A stretch of DNA of 64,000 nucleotides from contig CM120641.1 in NCBI GenBank assembly GCA_051362555.1, positions 12,586,001-12,650,000 on the forward strand, in the 5' to 3' direction. The notes below the pieces were generated by a model that made no database searches, was not told the origin of the DNA, and worked only from the letters and a program-made list of their open reading frames with translations. Source of the DNA: Lingula anatina (Eukaryota > Animalia > Brachiopoda). Below are positions 12,301 to 24,342 of the stretch, piece after piece (the first letter of the stretch is position 1; each line of letters begins with the position of its first letter). The position numbers and the translations under genes were made by a program.

Positions 12301-15300
12301 TCATTCCTGAAAAACCTGAGTTTATTGAAAAACCAACAAGAGAAACCACTGGTATTACAGTGGAAATCTGTGGTGAAAAGCCCGGTGAACTGCTACCTCT
12401 AGAAGAAATAGAAATTGAGATACCAAAGGAGAAAGAACAGGAAATTGTTCATGAAAAACCAGACATAGAGGAAAAGCCTGTCAAACAACCAACAGTTGTG
12501 ACAGAGGATGTGGTTGAAAAGAAACCAGGACAATCTCCAAGATTTGTAACACATCTCAGCACTGTGACTGCAGAACTGGGTCAACCTGTAACTCTTACAT
12601 GCAAAGTGGCTGGACAACCCAAAGAAGTCATTTGGCTTCTGGATGAAGAAGAAATTGTAGAAAATGAAGATGTAGAAGTGACAAGAACAGATGAAAGTGT
12701 CTGCAGACTTACACTGCATGCCGTGCACCCCGAAGATCAAGGGGAATATGTGTGCAGGGCTGTGAATGAATTTGGAACAGATGAGACCAGAGCTTACATC
12801 ATAGTGGTAGAAGAGGATATCCCAGAGGTTGAAATTATAGAGGTCACAACTGACACTAGAGAAGAGGTAAAAGTTGAAGATGTGCCAGAAGAAGAAGCGT
12901 TTCCGGAGAAGCCACAAAAAGAGGAAAGGCCAACAAGAGAAACCACTGCTCTTACAGTGGACGTCCCTGGTGAAAAGCCAGATGAACTATTACCTGTACA
13001 AGAAATAGAAATTGAGATACCCAAGGAAAAAGAACAGGAAATCATTCCTGAAAAACCTGAGTTTATTGAAAAACCAACAAGAGAAACCACTGGTATTACA
13101 GTGGAAATCTGTGGTGAAAAGCCCGGTGAACTGCTACCTCTAGAAGAAATAGAAATTGAGATACCAAAGGAGAAAGAACAGGAAATTGTTCATGAAAAAC
13201 CAGACATAGAGGAAAAACCTGTCAAACAACCAACAGTTGTGACAGAGGATGTGGTTGAAAAGAAACCAGGACAATCTCCAAGATTTGTAACACATCTCAG
13301 CACTGTGACTGCAGAACTGGGTCAACCTGTAACTCTTACATGCAAAGTGGCTGGACAACCCAAAGAAGTCATTTGGCTTCTGGATGAAGAAGAAATTGTA
13401 GAAAATGAAGATGTAGAAGTGACAAGAACAGATGAAGGTGTCTGCAGACTTACACTGCATGCCGTGCACCCCGAAGATCAAGGGGAATATGTGTGCAGGG
13501 CTGTGAATGAATTTGGAACAGATGAGACCAGAGCTTACATCATAGTGGTAGAAGAGGATATCCCAGAGGTTGAAATTATAGAGGTCACAACTGACACTAG
13601 AGAAGAGGTAAAAGTTGAAGATGTGCCAGAAGAAGAAGCGTTTCCGGAGAAGCCACAAAAAGAGGAAAGGCCAACAAGAGAAACCACTGCTCTTACAGTG
13701 GACGTCCCTGGTGAAAAGCCAGATGAACTATTACCTGTACAAGAAATAGAAATTGAGATACCCAAGGAAAAAGAACAGGAAATCATTCCTGAAAAACCTG
13801 AGTTTATTGAAAAACCAACAAGAGAAACCACTGGTATTACAGTGGAAATCTGTGGTGAAAAGCCCGGTGAACTGCTACCTCTAGAAGAAATAGAAATTGA
13901 GATACCAAAGGAGAAAGAACAGGAAATTGTTCATGAAAAACCAGACATAGAGGAAAAACCTGTCAAACAACCAACAGTTGTGACAGAGGATGTGGTTGAA
14001 AAGAAACCAGGACAATCTCCAAGATTTGTAACACATCTCAGCACTGTGACTGCAGAACTGGGTCAACCTGTAACTCTTACATGCAAAGTGGCTGGACAAC
14101 CCAAAGAAGTCATTTGGCTTCTGGATGAAGAAGAAATTGTAGAAAATGAAGATGTAGAAGTGACAAGAACAGATGAAGGTGTCTGCAGACTTACACTGCA
14201 TGCCGTGCACCCCGAAGATCAAGGGGAATATGTGTGCAGGGCTGTGAATGAATTTGGAACAGATGAGACCAGAGCTTACATCATAGTGGTAGAAGAGGAT
14301 ATCCCAGAGGTTGAAATTATAGAGGTCACAACTGACACTAGAGAAGAGGTAAAAGTTGAAGATGTGCCAGAAGAAGAAGCGTTTCTGGAGAAGCCACAAA
14401 AAGAGGAAAGGCCTACAAGAGAAACCACTGCTCTTACAGTGGACGTCCCTGGTGAAAAGCCAGATGAACTGTTACCTGTACAAGAAATAGAAATTGAGAT
14501 ACCCAAGGAAAAAGAACAGGTTATCATTATGAAAGAAACAGATTTGGAGGAAAAGCCAGTAGACGAGCTCAAGGGTATTTCAGATGATGGAATAGCAGAC
14601 AAATCACAGCGGCCACCTAGATTTGTAACACATCTCAGCACTATGACTGCAGAACTAGGTCAACCTGTTACTCTTACATGCAAAGTGGCTGGACAACCTA
14701 AAGATGTGATTTGGCTTTTGGATGAAGAAGAAATTGTAGAAAGTGAAGATGTAGAAGTGTCAAGAACAGATGAAGGTGTTTGCACACTTACACTACTTGC
14801 TGTGCACCCTGAAAATCAAGGAGAATATGTGTGCAGAGCTGTGAATGAGTTTGGTATTGATGAGACAAGGGCTTACATCATAGTGGTAGAAGAGGATATC
14901 CCAGAAGTTGAAATTATTGAAGAGAGATCAGATACAATGGAGACAATAACTGTCCAAATTGTAGCTGAGGAAGAGGAATTCTATCCTGGCAAGCCACTGG
15001 AGGGGGAGAAGCCAACTGGAGAAACAGCTGCTATAACAGTTACTTTCCCAAGTGAAATGCCTGAGGAATTGCTACCTCTGCAGGAGATAGAAATTCAGAT
15101 ACCTAAGGAAGAGGGGCAAGAGGTTGTTTCTGAGGTACCAGAAAGCTTTGAGGAAGTGACTGAAATAGTCAGTGTAACCACTGAAGAAATTGAAGAGATG
15201 GGTGAAGAATTTCTTCCAGTCAGTGAAATTAAAAAATCAGAGGACCTTTTTGTGCCACAAACAGAACAAACTACAGAAGTTGTCACCGTTACTAGAGAAG

Positions 15301-17457
15301 ACATTGCTACAGCACCTGAATTGCCTGAGACTGAACTTGTTATTCAACCTACACCAGGTGAGGTATCTCGTCAGGTAGTAGATGAAATAACAGAGTCCTT
15401 TATTACAGAAATGGAAGAAGCTGATTTACATGGAGAAGAGGAAAGAAAAGTAGAGGACATTAGCAAGGCATTGTTAAAATATGAAGAAACTTCTGCAGAG
15501 GTATTTACAGAGGAATCAGTGGATCAGTTTTATTCTGATTTAATATTTGTAATGCCATTTGAAAATGTCATCTCTATGCCTGATGAAATAGATTCTCTGT
15601 GGCAGCCATTATCTAGAGCAGCTGTACAGTTCATGCACACAACAGAGTACCTGTTTGATCTTGAGACTATTGATGAGGACGAACTATCAGAAGGTGAACT
15701 TGAAAACATTTCGGAGTGGGATCTTGGAGATAAAACTGACCTCCAATTACAGCAAGATGTTCAGTCTGAAATGGCGGAAGATCTGAAGACAATTATTTCA
15801 CAAAAGGAAGATAAGGAAGCTGTACCTGAAGTTGCAACACAGCATTTGGAGGAAATTCTCTCAGAAAAAGCTGATGATGGAATTTCTCCAGAAAAACTGG
15901 AAGAAATCTATGAGGCTCCACAATTTGTTGTTACAATGACTGACTTGACCTTCCAGCCTGGTCAATCTGTGGAATTCACATGCCAATTGAAAGGCACTCC
16001 AGAAGAGGTAAATTGGTATCTGGATGAGGACATGCTCTCAGAAAGTGATACTATAGAAATAAGTCCAGTTAAAGACGGTGTATGCAAATTAACTCTATTG
16101 GAAACCTTTCCTGAAGACCAGGGTCAGTATATGTGTAGGGCAGTTAATGAATATGGTCTTGCTGAAACAAGATGTGATCTTATCCTTCAGCAAGGGGATG
16201 AGGTAAAAGGTTTTGAGGATGAAGGAGTGGTATCTCAAGAAGAAGAGATACCAGAAGTGCCTCAGAAAGTTGAGGAGGCACCTGAAGAGTTCCCATCTGA
16301 GGAAATGCCTGTTGGTGCCCCTGAGGTTCTTGAGAAACCTGATGTGGAGGAAGAGAAAGTTGAAGAAACTGAGGCAGAGAAGAAACCAGAGGAGACCCAT
16401 AAAGCTGATGAGGTATCAGAAGAGGTACCATCAGAGGAAATGCCCATTAGTGCCCCTGTGGTTCCTAAGAAACCTGATGTGAAGGATGAGGAAGAACAAA
16501 TAACTGAGGCAGAAAAGGTACCAAAAGTGCCTCAAAAAGCTGATGAGGTATCTGAAGAGGTTCCATCTGAGGAAATAGCCATAAGTACCCCTGATGTTCC
16601 TCTGAAACCTGATGTGAAGGAAGTGGAAGAACAAATCGCAGAGGCAGAAAAGGTACCAAAAGTGGCTCAAAAAGCTGATGAGGTATCTGAAGAGGTTTCA
16701 TCAGAGGAAATGACCATTAGTGCCCTTGAGGCTCCTCAGAAACCTAATGAGATGGAAGAGAAAGAACAAATAGCAGAGGCAGAAAAGGTACTGAAAGTGC
16801 CTCAAAAAGCTGATGAGGTATCTGAAGAGGTACCATTAGAGGAAATGGCCATTTGTGCCCTTGAGGTTCCTCAGAAACCTGATGTAAAAGAAGAGGAAGA
16901 ACAAATCACAGAGGCAGAAAAGGTACCGAAAGTGCTTCAAAAAGCTGATGAGGTATCTCAAGAGGTTCCATCAGAGGAAATGGCCATTAGTGATGTTAAG
17001 GAAGAGGAAGAACAAATAACTGAGGCAGAGAAGAAACCAGCAGAGATGCATAAAGTTCAGGAGGTATCTGAAGAGGTGCCCTCTGAGGAATATGCTGTAA
17101 CTGCTCCTGACATATCTAAAAAGCATGAAATTATTATAAAGGAGGAAGAGATTTCAGAAGTTAAAAGAGTCCCTGAGGTGCCTCTGAGGGTAGAAACAGT
17201 TTCAGAAGACATACCACATGAAGACATTGTTGAAACTGCACCAGAAGTTCCTGAAAAACCAGAGGTGACCCGAGAAGAAATAACAATCATGCCTGAAGCT
17301 GAAACATTTGGCAAGGCACCTTATGAAGAAATAACATTTATTGTGCCAGAATTGCCCCAAAAGCCAGTTTCAGATGGTACAAAGGTCCCTGAAGCTGCTA
17401 GAAGACCAGAAATGGCACAAGAAGTGGCTGATCTTCCAGAAGAGAGATTTCTCAAAG
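1..17457 (+). CDS. Giant exon (5' end outside the window): 45-aa repeats, 16 Ig I-set domains, PEVK-like segments
   Basis: Uninterrupted 5833-codon ORF; likely donor AAAG|gtacac at 17457/17458 (phase 1), after which the translation loses its E/P/K bias. Confidence 0.9.
6000..14890 (+). repeat. Coding super-repeat: one Ig plus 48-aa PEVK-like modules, 11 near-identical copies plus 1 diverged copy
   Basis: Unit spacings 885,741,738,885,741,882,741,738,741,741 nt; Ig SPRFVTHLSTVTAELGQPVTLTCKVAGQPKEVIW...DQGEYVCRAVNEFG. Confidence 0.97.
16240..17260 (+). repeat. Degenerate PEVK tandem repeat, 135-bp/45-aa period
   Basis: aaagctgatg at 16401, 16536, 16671, 16806, 16941; unit about KADEVSEEVPSEEMAISAPEVPQKPDVKEEEEQITEAEKVPKVPQ. 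Confidence 0.88.
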
Positions 17458-18632
17458 GTACACAGCATGAAAACTCCAGTTCATGCCTGTGCCTGAGGTC
17501 ATTATGTTCTTGCCTGTCTCTGCCTGTTATATGCATCATGAAAACTATAAGATAAATGAACTGACTGATGTATTGGGCATACAGAAATATATATCTGAGG
17601 ATAGATATATGCATGTTTACTTAGTACTGTACATGCCATTTCATTCCAAGTACTGTATGAATTCATATGTTGTCATGAATATTAAGCATGATAATGCAAT
17701 GAAAATACAGCTGTAATTACATATAATGTCAGTATATTACAATTGTTCTCTTTTGTCTTCTATTGTTCTTGGTCAGCTCTGGTGTCTACTGTTTGCAAAC
17801 AAAAAAAATCACAATGCTTTAGTAACTGCATATATGTTAAAGCTTCTTTGTATGAAATACAATTGGCTGCTGTACAAACTGTTTTTCAGTGATACTTATC
17901 ATACTTTTTAAGTCATGTAGATGTTTTAGACAATATTATACTCATTGTTTACTCATTTATTACACGCCTGCTACTGTTCTAAATATATAGATATGCTTAG
18001 CATTAAAAATTACACATAAGGTTCAGTCATTTATAACTCATTTAGTACAAGCCTGCTAGTATGAATATAGAAATTTAATATGCTTAGTGCATTAGGTATA
18101 CACCACACAGTTGCTTATGTAGTATAGTCACATGTTTAATTTTATGCTTAGTTAATATTGAGCTTATTAAGCAAGAAAAAGTGTTCTTGTTGTTGTTATC
18201 ATTATAATTATAAAACATTCTTTATGGACAAGCAATATTATGTGCACATGTATGTCTGTTTGGAATGTATGGTATGATTATGAGAGTGAAGAGGTTCAAG
18301 ATTACCAGGTCATGTATTCTTTCTTTTTTCTGTATTACTTGTCATGCACAAAATCTTGTTTCAAAATTATATTCACATTTAAATTGTTCTTTTTATGAAT
18401 AGTTTCTAGTAAAATTATAAGATATCATGGGAACACTATTGTTTAATAGTCTATATTTAGATCAGTTTTCAGTACATGATTCTTTGAAATCTTAGATTTT
18501 AAAAGCTGTTTTTAAAAGAGCACACACATCTTTGTCTAATTATTTCCTTTTTGATATTGAACACTTTCTGGATTTATATATATTTTTCTGTTTTGATGTA
18601 TCTATATCATATTTCTTTATCATATTTCTTAG

Positions 18633-18714
18633 GGGATGAGTTTGAAGTCTCAGTACCCAAAGAAGAGAAACCAGAAGAAGTGGAAGCCCAGTTTAAGATT
18701 CCTGCTGAAGAAAA
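18633..18714 (+). CDS. Titin-like exon, PEVK-like linker (DEFEVSVPKEEKPEEVEAQFKIPAEE)
   Basis: tttcttag| ... |gtaagc; phase 1-2. Confidence 0.82.
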
Positions 18715-19089
18715 GTAAGCGCTGCATTTTTTGGCAAATATTGAAATATTTTGCTTGAATGGTCCATTTTTTATATTTAGTAATATAGTGTAAAATGCTG
18801 ATGACACATAATGTGGTCAACATCAGTAATATAATGTATATTTCATTATTATATAGGCTTTTTTTATATTAATTAATTGGTTCACTGTCTTGAGAGACAT
18901 TTGATGTGCCTTCTTTGGTCTTATGATTATCAGTCTTGTTGGAAGCAAAATCTGTATTGTCTCAGAAGTCCAATTCATGCAGGTCAGCCTTTTCCAGCTC
19001 GGTTTCAAACAAATCAACATGAAAAATGTTTTATATATAAAACCTGATAAAATGTAATTTGCATGTTAATGTTTCTATGCATTATTCAG

Positions 19090-19181
19090 ACCTGAAGATG
19101 TCCAAGCCGAAATTAAAATTCCTAAGAAAGAGAAATCTCCGGAACAAGAACTCTCAGAGAAGGAGAGACTGGTGGTCAAAG
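19090..19181 (+). CDS. Titin-like exon, PEVK-like linker
   Basis: ttcag| ... |gtgagt; PEDVQAEIKIPKKEKSPEQELSEKERLVVK; phase 2-1. Confidence 0.82.
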
Positions 19182-19497
19182 GTGAGTTTTTTTCCATACA
19201 TCTAATTTTAGATATTGTCCTTATTTATTGTACCAGCTTGGAACTAGATACCTTTTGTACATTTTTATTATATTAAAAGCACTTGGAATGGAGAAAAAAG
19301 TTGATTAATACTGTCACAATTACTGACCCATATCTATTTCTGTACATGTATTTTTAATTTTATTTTGGAAAGAATTTGTATCACCAGAAATACATTTGGA
19401 GAGAGTTAGCTTTCTCACAAACCTAGGCTAGATTTACCACATTGCAATGAACCGTATTGTTAAAAATACATATATTGACTCTCGTTCATTTTTTTAG

Positions 19498-19565
19498 ATG
19501 AAGAGAAAGAAGTTGCAGAAGAGAAGGAGTTAGCTGAAATCACTGAAGAAACCAAAGACATTGAG
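19498..19565 (+). CDS. Titin-like exon, E/K-rich linker
   Basis: tttttag| ... |gtaagc; phase 1-0. Confidence 0.8.
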
Positions 19566-19789
19566 GTAAGCAAACATGGTCATTTCAAAGGCTGCACTAT
19601 TTTCATTTTTTGTATTAGTAAAGGAGGACATTTTTTCATATTTTAGATTGGATCTGATTAGAATTGGGAAAAAAAACATGAATTTGCCCAAGCTGGTTGA
19701 CTTGTTTATCAAATGAAATTCTATTTTTTCAAGAAATTAACCCTTTAAACATTATCAAAATTATTGCATCTTACTCTTTTTTATTTCAG

Positions 19790-20033
19790 AGTACAAGACT
19801 CTATGTGGCTGTAGCTAACTATGAAGCAGAATCAGATGAAGTTATGTCCCTCCACCAGGGTGAGCTAGTTGAGGTCCTTGACAGCAGCAGGGACACCTGG
19901 TGGCTAGCCAGAAAACAAGTGGACAAAAAGGAGGGTTGGGCCCCAGCTATGTATTTGCAAGCCAAACCTGACTATGATGAGAGAATCAAACAGCAACTTA
20001 CTAAGAAAATTGATGAGATACCTGTTGAAACAG
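19790..20033 (+). CDS. Exon encoding an SH3 domain
   Basis: YVAVANYEAESDEVMSLHQGELVEVLDSSRDTWWLAR...EGWAPAMYL fits the SH3 consensus (ALYDY-like, WW, GxxPxxY); tttcag| ... |gtaatt. Confidence 0.92.
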
Positions 20034-20190
20034 GTAATTATTATTTGAATCTTTTCTTTTTTGTGGTTTTGATTATATGAATATTTTAGTACTCCACTGT
20101 GGTCAGTTTAGACTTGCAAAGAAATGTGAACAATTTATCCCCATGGTAAACTTTTATTTGGCTAACATAAATATTTGTTATTTTTCACAG

Positions 20191-20493
20191 CTGAAGAATT
20201 CACGGGAGATCTTGTAGCACCATATTTTGTGACCCAATTAGAAACCATGCGTGTGAAGGATGGTGCTGTGGCTCGCTTCGAGTGCCAGATTGAAGGGTCT
20301 CCCAGACCCACAGTTGTTTGGTACAGGGAAAGCACTGAGATCAAGCCATCTGATGACTTCAAGCTCCTTCATGAAGAGGACAGGTGTTCCCTGATTATTA
20401 AAGAGACTTTCCCTGAAGATGCTGGAAGATACACTGTGGTTGCTAAGAATGTTGCTGGTGTTGTCCAACAAACTACAGAACTCTTCATTGACA
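20191..20493 (+). CDS. Ig I-set exon (Sallimus-like Ig following the SH3)
   Basis: APYFVTQLE...ARFECQIEGSPRPTVVWY...KPSDDF...FPEDAGRYTVVAKN; cacag| ... |gtaagt. Confidence 0.92.
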
Positions 20494-20703
20494 GTAAGTT
20501 TTAAAATAAGTGACATCAGTGATTTTAATGGCTATACATTAGTTACATTCATGTTCTAAGTTGTGCTTTTTATTAAATGTCACAGAGAAAAACAAAGAAA
20601 AATATAAACATATACAAAATGATAATGATGAACATTGTTGATATTTTAGAGATTTTTATTTGTAACAAGCATTTGTATGAGATATGCTGTGTTTTCCTTC
20701 TAG

Positions 20704-20879
20704 CTCCACTTTCTGGCAGAACATCCCCATCCAGAAGCAGTGTTTCTAGAGAATCCACTGCCGGTTCTGAAGCTGACTATGTGGCTCCATCCATTACACA
20801 GAAACCCAAATTCCAGACAGTTAATGAAGGCGAGACTGTCACATTTGAGTGTAGATTGGTGGCAGTCCCTACTCCAGAG
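20704..20879 (+). CDS. Ser/Arg-rich linker plus Ig N-terminal half
   Basis: PLSGRTSPSRSSVSRES...APSITQKPK...FECRLVAVPTPE; canonical splice sites. Confidence 0.88.
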
Positions 20880-21119
20880 GTAAATTTACCCTATAATATA
20901 TGCTCTTCTGCTTCTATAATGTCTATTCACATGTCATTTTCTATTGATTCAAATTACTTTTCTATTGATATTTGTGTATCCTGTACCAGAATATTTTACA
21001 AAAACTTAATAGTTAAAAGGATACAATAATCGATAGTAAAAAGCATACATTTCTTCTTTCTAATGGTGCCTAACGCTGTTGTGAGGCAGAGGTATTTAGT
21101 ATTACTTTGTTTATTGTAG

Positions 21120-21315
21120 ATCACCTGGTTTATCAATGACCAGCCATTAGACCTAGAGGACACTCGCTACAGGCTGACTGTAAGAAGTGATGTCCACATG
21201 TACACTGCAGCTCTCACTATACGAGATGTCACACTCAATGATGCTGGCACATACAAAATTGTTGGAAGCAATGATGAGGGTGAAACTGGGGTTGCAGTTT
21301 CCCTCATTGTCAACA
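21120..21315 (+). CDS. Ig C-terminal half
   Basis: ITWFINDQPL...LTIRDVTLNDAGTYKIVGSNDEG; canonical splice sites. Confidence 0.88.
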
Positions 21316-21603
21316 GTAAGTGGAAGAAAATTTATATCATTATTTTTAAGCAAGAATTTAAACACTTGTTTACCTGCATCATTTAGCCATTTTACCATTT
21401 TACAAATGATTTCTCATTGGGATACTTTCTTGTAAGCCCTCAACATTTAATTATTGTCAACATTCCAGTGACACATGAAATATATTCAGTATAATCACCC
21501 TTAGTTCTTCAATAATTTAGTACATGGTTACAGTAACAGCAACTGGCATTTAATAATAAGGAATTGAAGTGTATCATAGCATTTTTGTTTCTTTTTTATT
21601 CAG

Positions 21604-21739
21604 AAGTAAAAGATGAAAAGAAAGACTTCCGTGACCAGCTAGAACACAAAGAGGGCGTCGAGCTGAAGGTGGCTCCAGAGGAGATAGCTACGCCTGAAGC
21701 TGAACAGTTAGATTTCAGAGGACAACTCAAGACTGAAGT
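21604..21739 (+). CDS. Exon with two DFRxxL motifs (DFRDQL, DFRGQL)
   Basis: ttcag| ... |gtaagt; KVKDEKKDFRDQLEHKEG...EQLDFRGQLKTEV; phase 1-2. Confidence 0.85.
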
Positions 21740-22247
21740 GTAAGTTCAGTCAAACAGATAAAATAAATTATGTGGCACCTGTTATTGAGATCAGTATCCT
21801 GCATGTGGGAAAATGCAATGACTTGGTAATGACAGGTTAATAAGAACTGTGATAATATTTTGCAGTGGAGTTGTTTAATTACTAATAAATGTATTATTTA
21901 GAACCTTCCACTTATTTATTAATGTATTTATGTATTTATTTGCTTGAGGGATAAAGATATAAGTATGAAATACCAAGATCTTTATTTGAATTGTACTAAC
22001 AAATTATATTTTGTGAAACTGCATTTTAACTAAAAGTTATTTGTTATGCATAGTGCATGATATAAGGTGTAAGGTGAGAGCTTTTTTTACAACAAAAATG
22101 AAATGGTGCACAAGAGTTCATAGCCACAGGTATTCCACTGTGGAAAAAAAAAGGAAAATGTCATGTTGCCTGTCACTGCTGTTGGTTATGCCTGCTGTAT
22201 AGTATGCATGCATTGCTTGCTTTTTGACCTTGCTTGTTTACCTGCAG

Positions 22248-22328
22248 GAAAACAAAGGTTGGAGTCAAATATGAAGTGGAGCAACTTGATTTCAGGTCCC
22301 TGCTCAAAAAAGCATCAGTTAAATCAAA
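22248..22328 (+). CDS. 81-nt symmetric exon with a DFRSLL motif
   Basis: cctgcag| ... |gtaagt; KTKVGVKYEVEQLDFRSLLKKASVKS; phase 2-2. Confidence 0.8.
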
Positions 22329-22711
22329 GTAAGTAGTGTGTCTCACTAACTGCATCTGTTATAATTTTTATTTGTGGATGCTTGTTGACTCCAAGTTTGA
22401 TTTTATTAGGATTTGTTGATGATAGGACATTAGGATTTTTTGATGATGGGAAAATCAACATTAGTTACATTTCATGCTTTTTGTTCAGTTATTTTGATAA
22501 TTTTTTCCTTTTTGCGTGTAAGGCAGAGATACTAATTCATGTTTTTCAGATAATTTAGATTAAATAGATGTGTTAGAAAAAAGTATTTGATGGAGTGGGC
22601 AAGCTTAATATAACTATTTAGTCCAGTTATATTCATGAGCAGTGTTTCACTTCACTACAAAATGGACTTAAGTAAATCACAGGACAATGTAACCTGCCTT
22701 ACATATTATAG

Positions 22712-22826
22712 GAAATTCGAGACTGACCTGGTCCCTACCGAAGAGGTCCAGCCTGAGGAGAAACCAGAGGCTGACCAGGTGGACTTCAGGGCAGTTCTCA
22801 AACCTGCTGAACAGGAGGCTGTGGAG
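22712..22826 (+). CDS. Exon with a QVDFRAVL motif
   Basis: ttatag| ... |gttatt; KFETDLVPTEEVQPEEKPEADQVDFRAVLKPAEQEAVE; phase 2-0. Confidence 0.82.
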
Positions 22827-23128
22827 GTTATTATAATGTCATGACTAACACATTCAGTGGTCACTAGCACACTGTATGGTCTTGTTTAGCAGTAATGCTG
22901 TCTCACAACCAAATTAAAAGTTCAATTTGAAGGACATTACGCGTTATATCAGATGATAATATTGAATGAATGAGAAAAAAAGTTGTACCTCATTACCCTG
23001 TTAATAATGGTACAATTTTTCTATCCCAGCTACATACCAATTGTCATTACAAATTGTTTTGATGTTGTGATGAACTCCAAAAAATGTTATACTATTGGTT
23101 AAAAATAACATTTTGTACTGTTTTCCAG

Positions 23129-23429
23129 GAAGAGACACCTACCATTAAAGCCCCAGAATTCCTCATTCCCCTCTCTGACTTAAAGGTCAATGAGGGTCAG
23201 CAAGCCCGCCTGGACTGCCAAGTGATAGGCAACCCACCTCCTGATATAGTTTGGTACCACGAGGAGGAAGCAATTGAGGAAGGGGACGTCTACCAGCTGG
23301 AATGGGGTGAGGAGGGTGCATATTCTCTGATCCTCAATGAGGCTTTCCCCGAGGACTCTGGAGAATACACTATCAAGGCCATCAATGAGCTGGGCCAGGC
23401 GAGGTCTACTGCTGTGCTCACTGTAGAAG
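23129..23429 (+). CDS. Ig I-set exon
   Basis: APEFLIPLSDLKVNEGQQARLDCQVIGNPPPDIVWY...FPEDSGEYTIKAIN; canonical splice sites. Confidence 0.92.
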
Positions 23430-23662
23430 GTAGGTGCACATAGTCGTATTGAAGTTGGATATCGTGTCAATTGAAGCTGTGGCATATTGGAAAGATGCAG
23501 ATTTGCCATTTTGTGTACAGAAGGAATATTTTTTCAAAATATTCCCACTGATAATGATTAATGATGACGTTGATCAAAATATTACTCTGTTATACCTATC
23601 ATCTCATAACTTGTACCTTGTACTGTATCACACCTAACATATTTTGCTGTTCTTTTCTTCAG

Positions 23663-23778
23663 CCCTGTTTGTAGATGAAAAGCCTGCAGCTCCAGCAGAA
23701 CAGATTGAGGAAATCCCTCAGGGTCCTGAAGCTGAAGAAGCAGCTGTAAAGATTCAGGCAGCCTTTAGAGGCCACTTG
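23663..23778 (+). CDS. Exon with the first part of an IQ calmodulin-binding motif
   Basis: EEAAVKIQAAFRGHL; ttcag| ... |gtaaga. Confidence 0.85.
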
Positions 23779-23938
23779 GTAAGAAATTAACCTAGATTAC
23801 ATACACAGTATACAAACAGGCATGTGTGCATGCATACTTACACAGAGATTACTTTTCCATTTTATAGAATAGGACTTGGAATAATTTCATGCCAGGCACT
23901 AGTTGAAATGACTGTTAACTTTGTTATTTCTATTACAG

Positions 23939-23992
23939 GCCAGAGAGGAAGTGAAACATTTGAAGGAAGAACAGGAGCAGGTCACTGCAGAG
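23939..23992 (+). CDS. Exon completing the IQ motif (AREEVKHLKEEQEQVTAE)
   Basis: tacag| ... |gtaaga; supplies the final Arg of IQxxxRGxxxR. Confidence 0.82.
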
Positions 23993-24201
23993 GTAAGAAT
24001 AGATGCATGCAGTGGAAATGACCATGTTATTTTTGTAAAATGAATAAAAGCAATACGATAAAATAATCATGAAATTTCAGTGCCAGTTAAAACATTAACT
24101 CAGTTTTTTCTCGTTAGTGGACTTTTTTATCAGTGTTTTAACAATGTTTAAATCAAGTATATTAAACATGCAATGGTACTAAATTAAGTTGTCTCTTCCA
24201 G

Positions 24202-24342
24202 ATTGAGCTTCCTAGTGCACCAAAGGAAGAGGAAGCAGAATTTGTCTTGAGGCCAGAAGATAAGCCAGAGGATGTTGAGGCTGAACTCAAAGTGCCGGAG
24301 GAACAGCAAGAAGAGGTGGAACAGGAATTTGTTCTTCAGAAG
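24202..24342 (+). CDS. PEVK-like exon
   Basis: ttccag| ... |gtaggg; IELPSAPKEEEAEFVLRPEDKPEDVEAELKVPEEQ. Confidence 0.82.

Noticed and set aside
6048-14641. Repeated 172-aa Phe-rich and 97-146-aa Ser-rich minus-strand ORFs
   Set aside because: Antisense of the A-rich super-repeat, recurring only because the unit is duplicated.
17458-17555. Stop at 17555 as the true end of the protein
   Set aside because: The last about 32 codons follow a phase-compatible donor and lose the compositional bias; downstream exons continue the frame. Intronic termination cannot be fully excluded.
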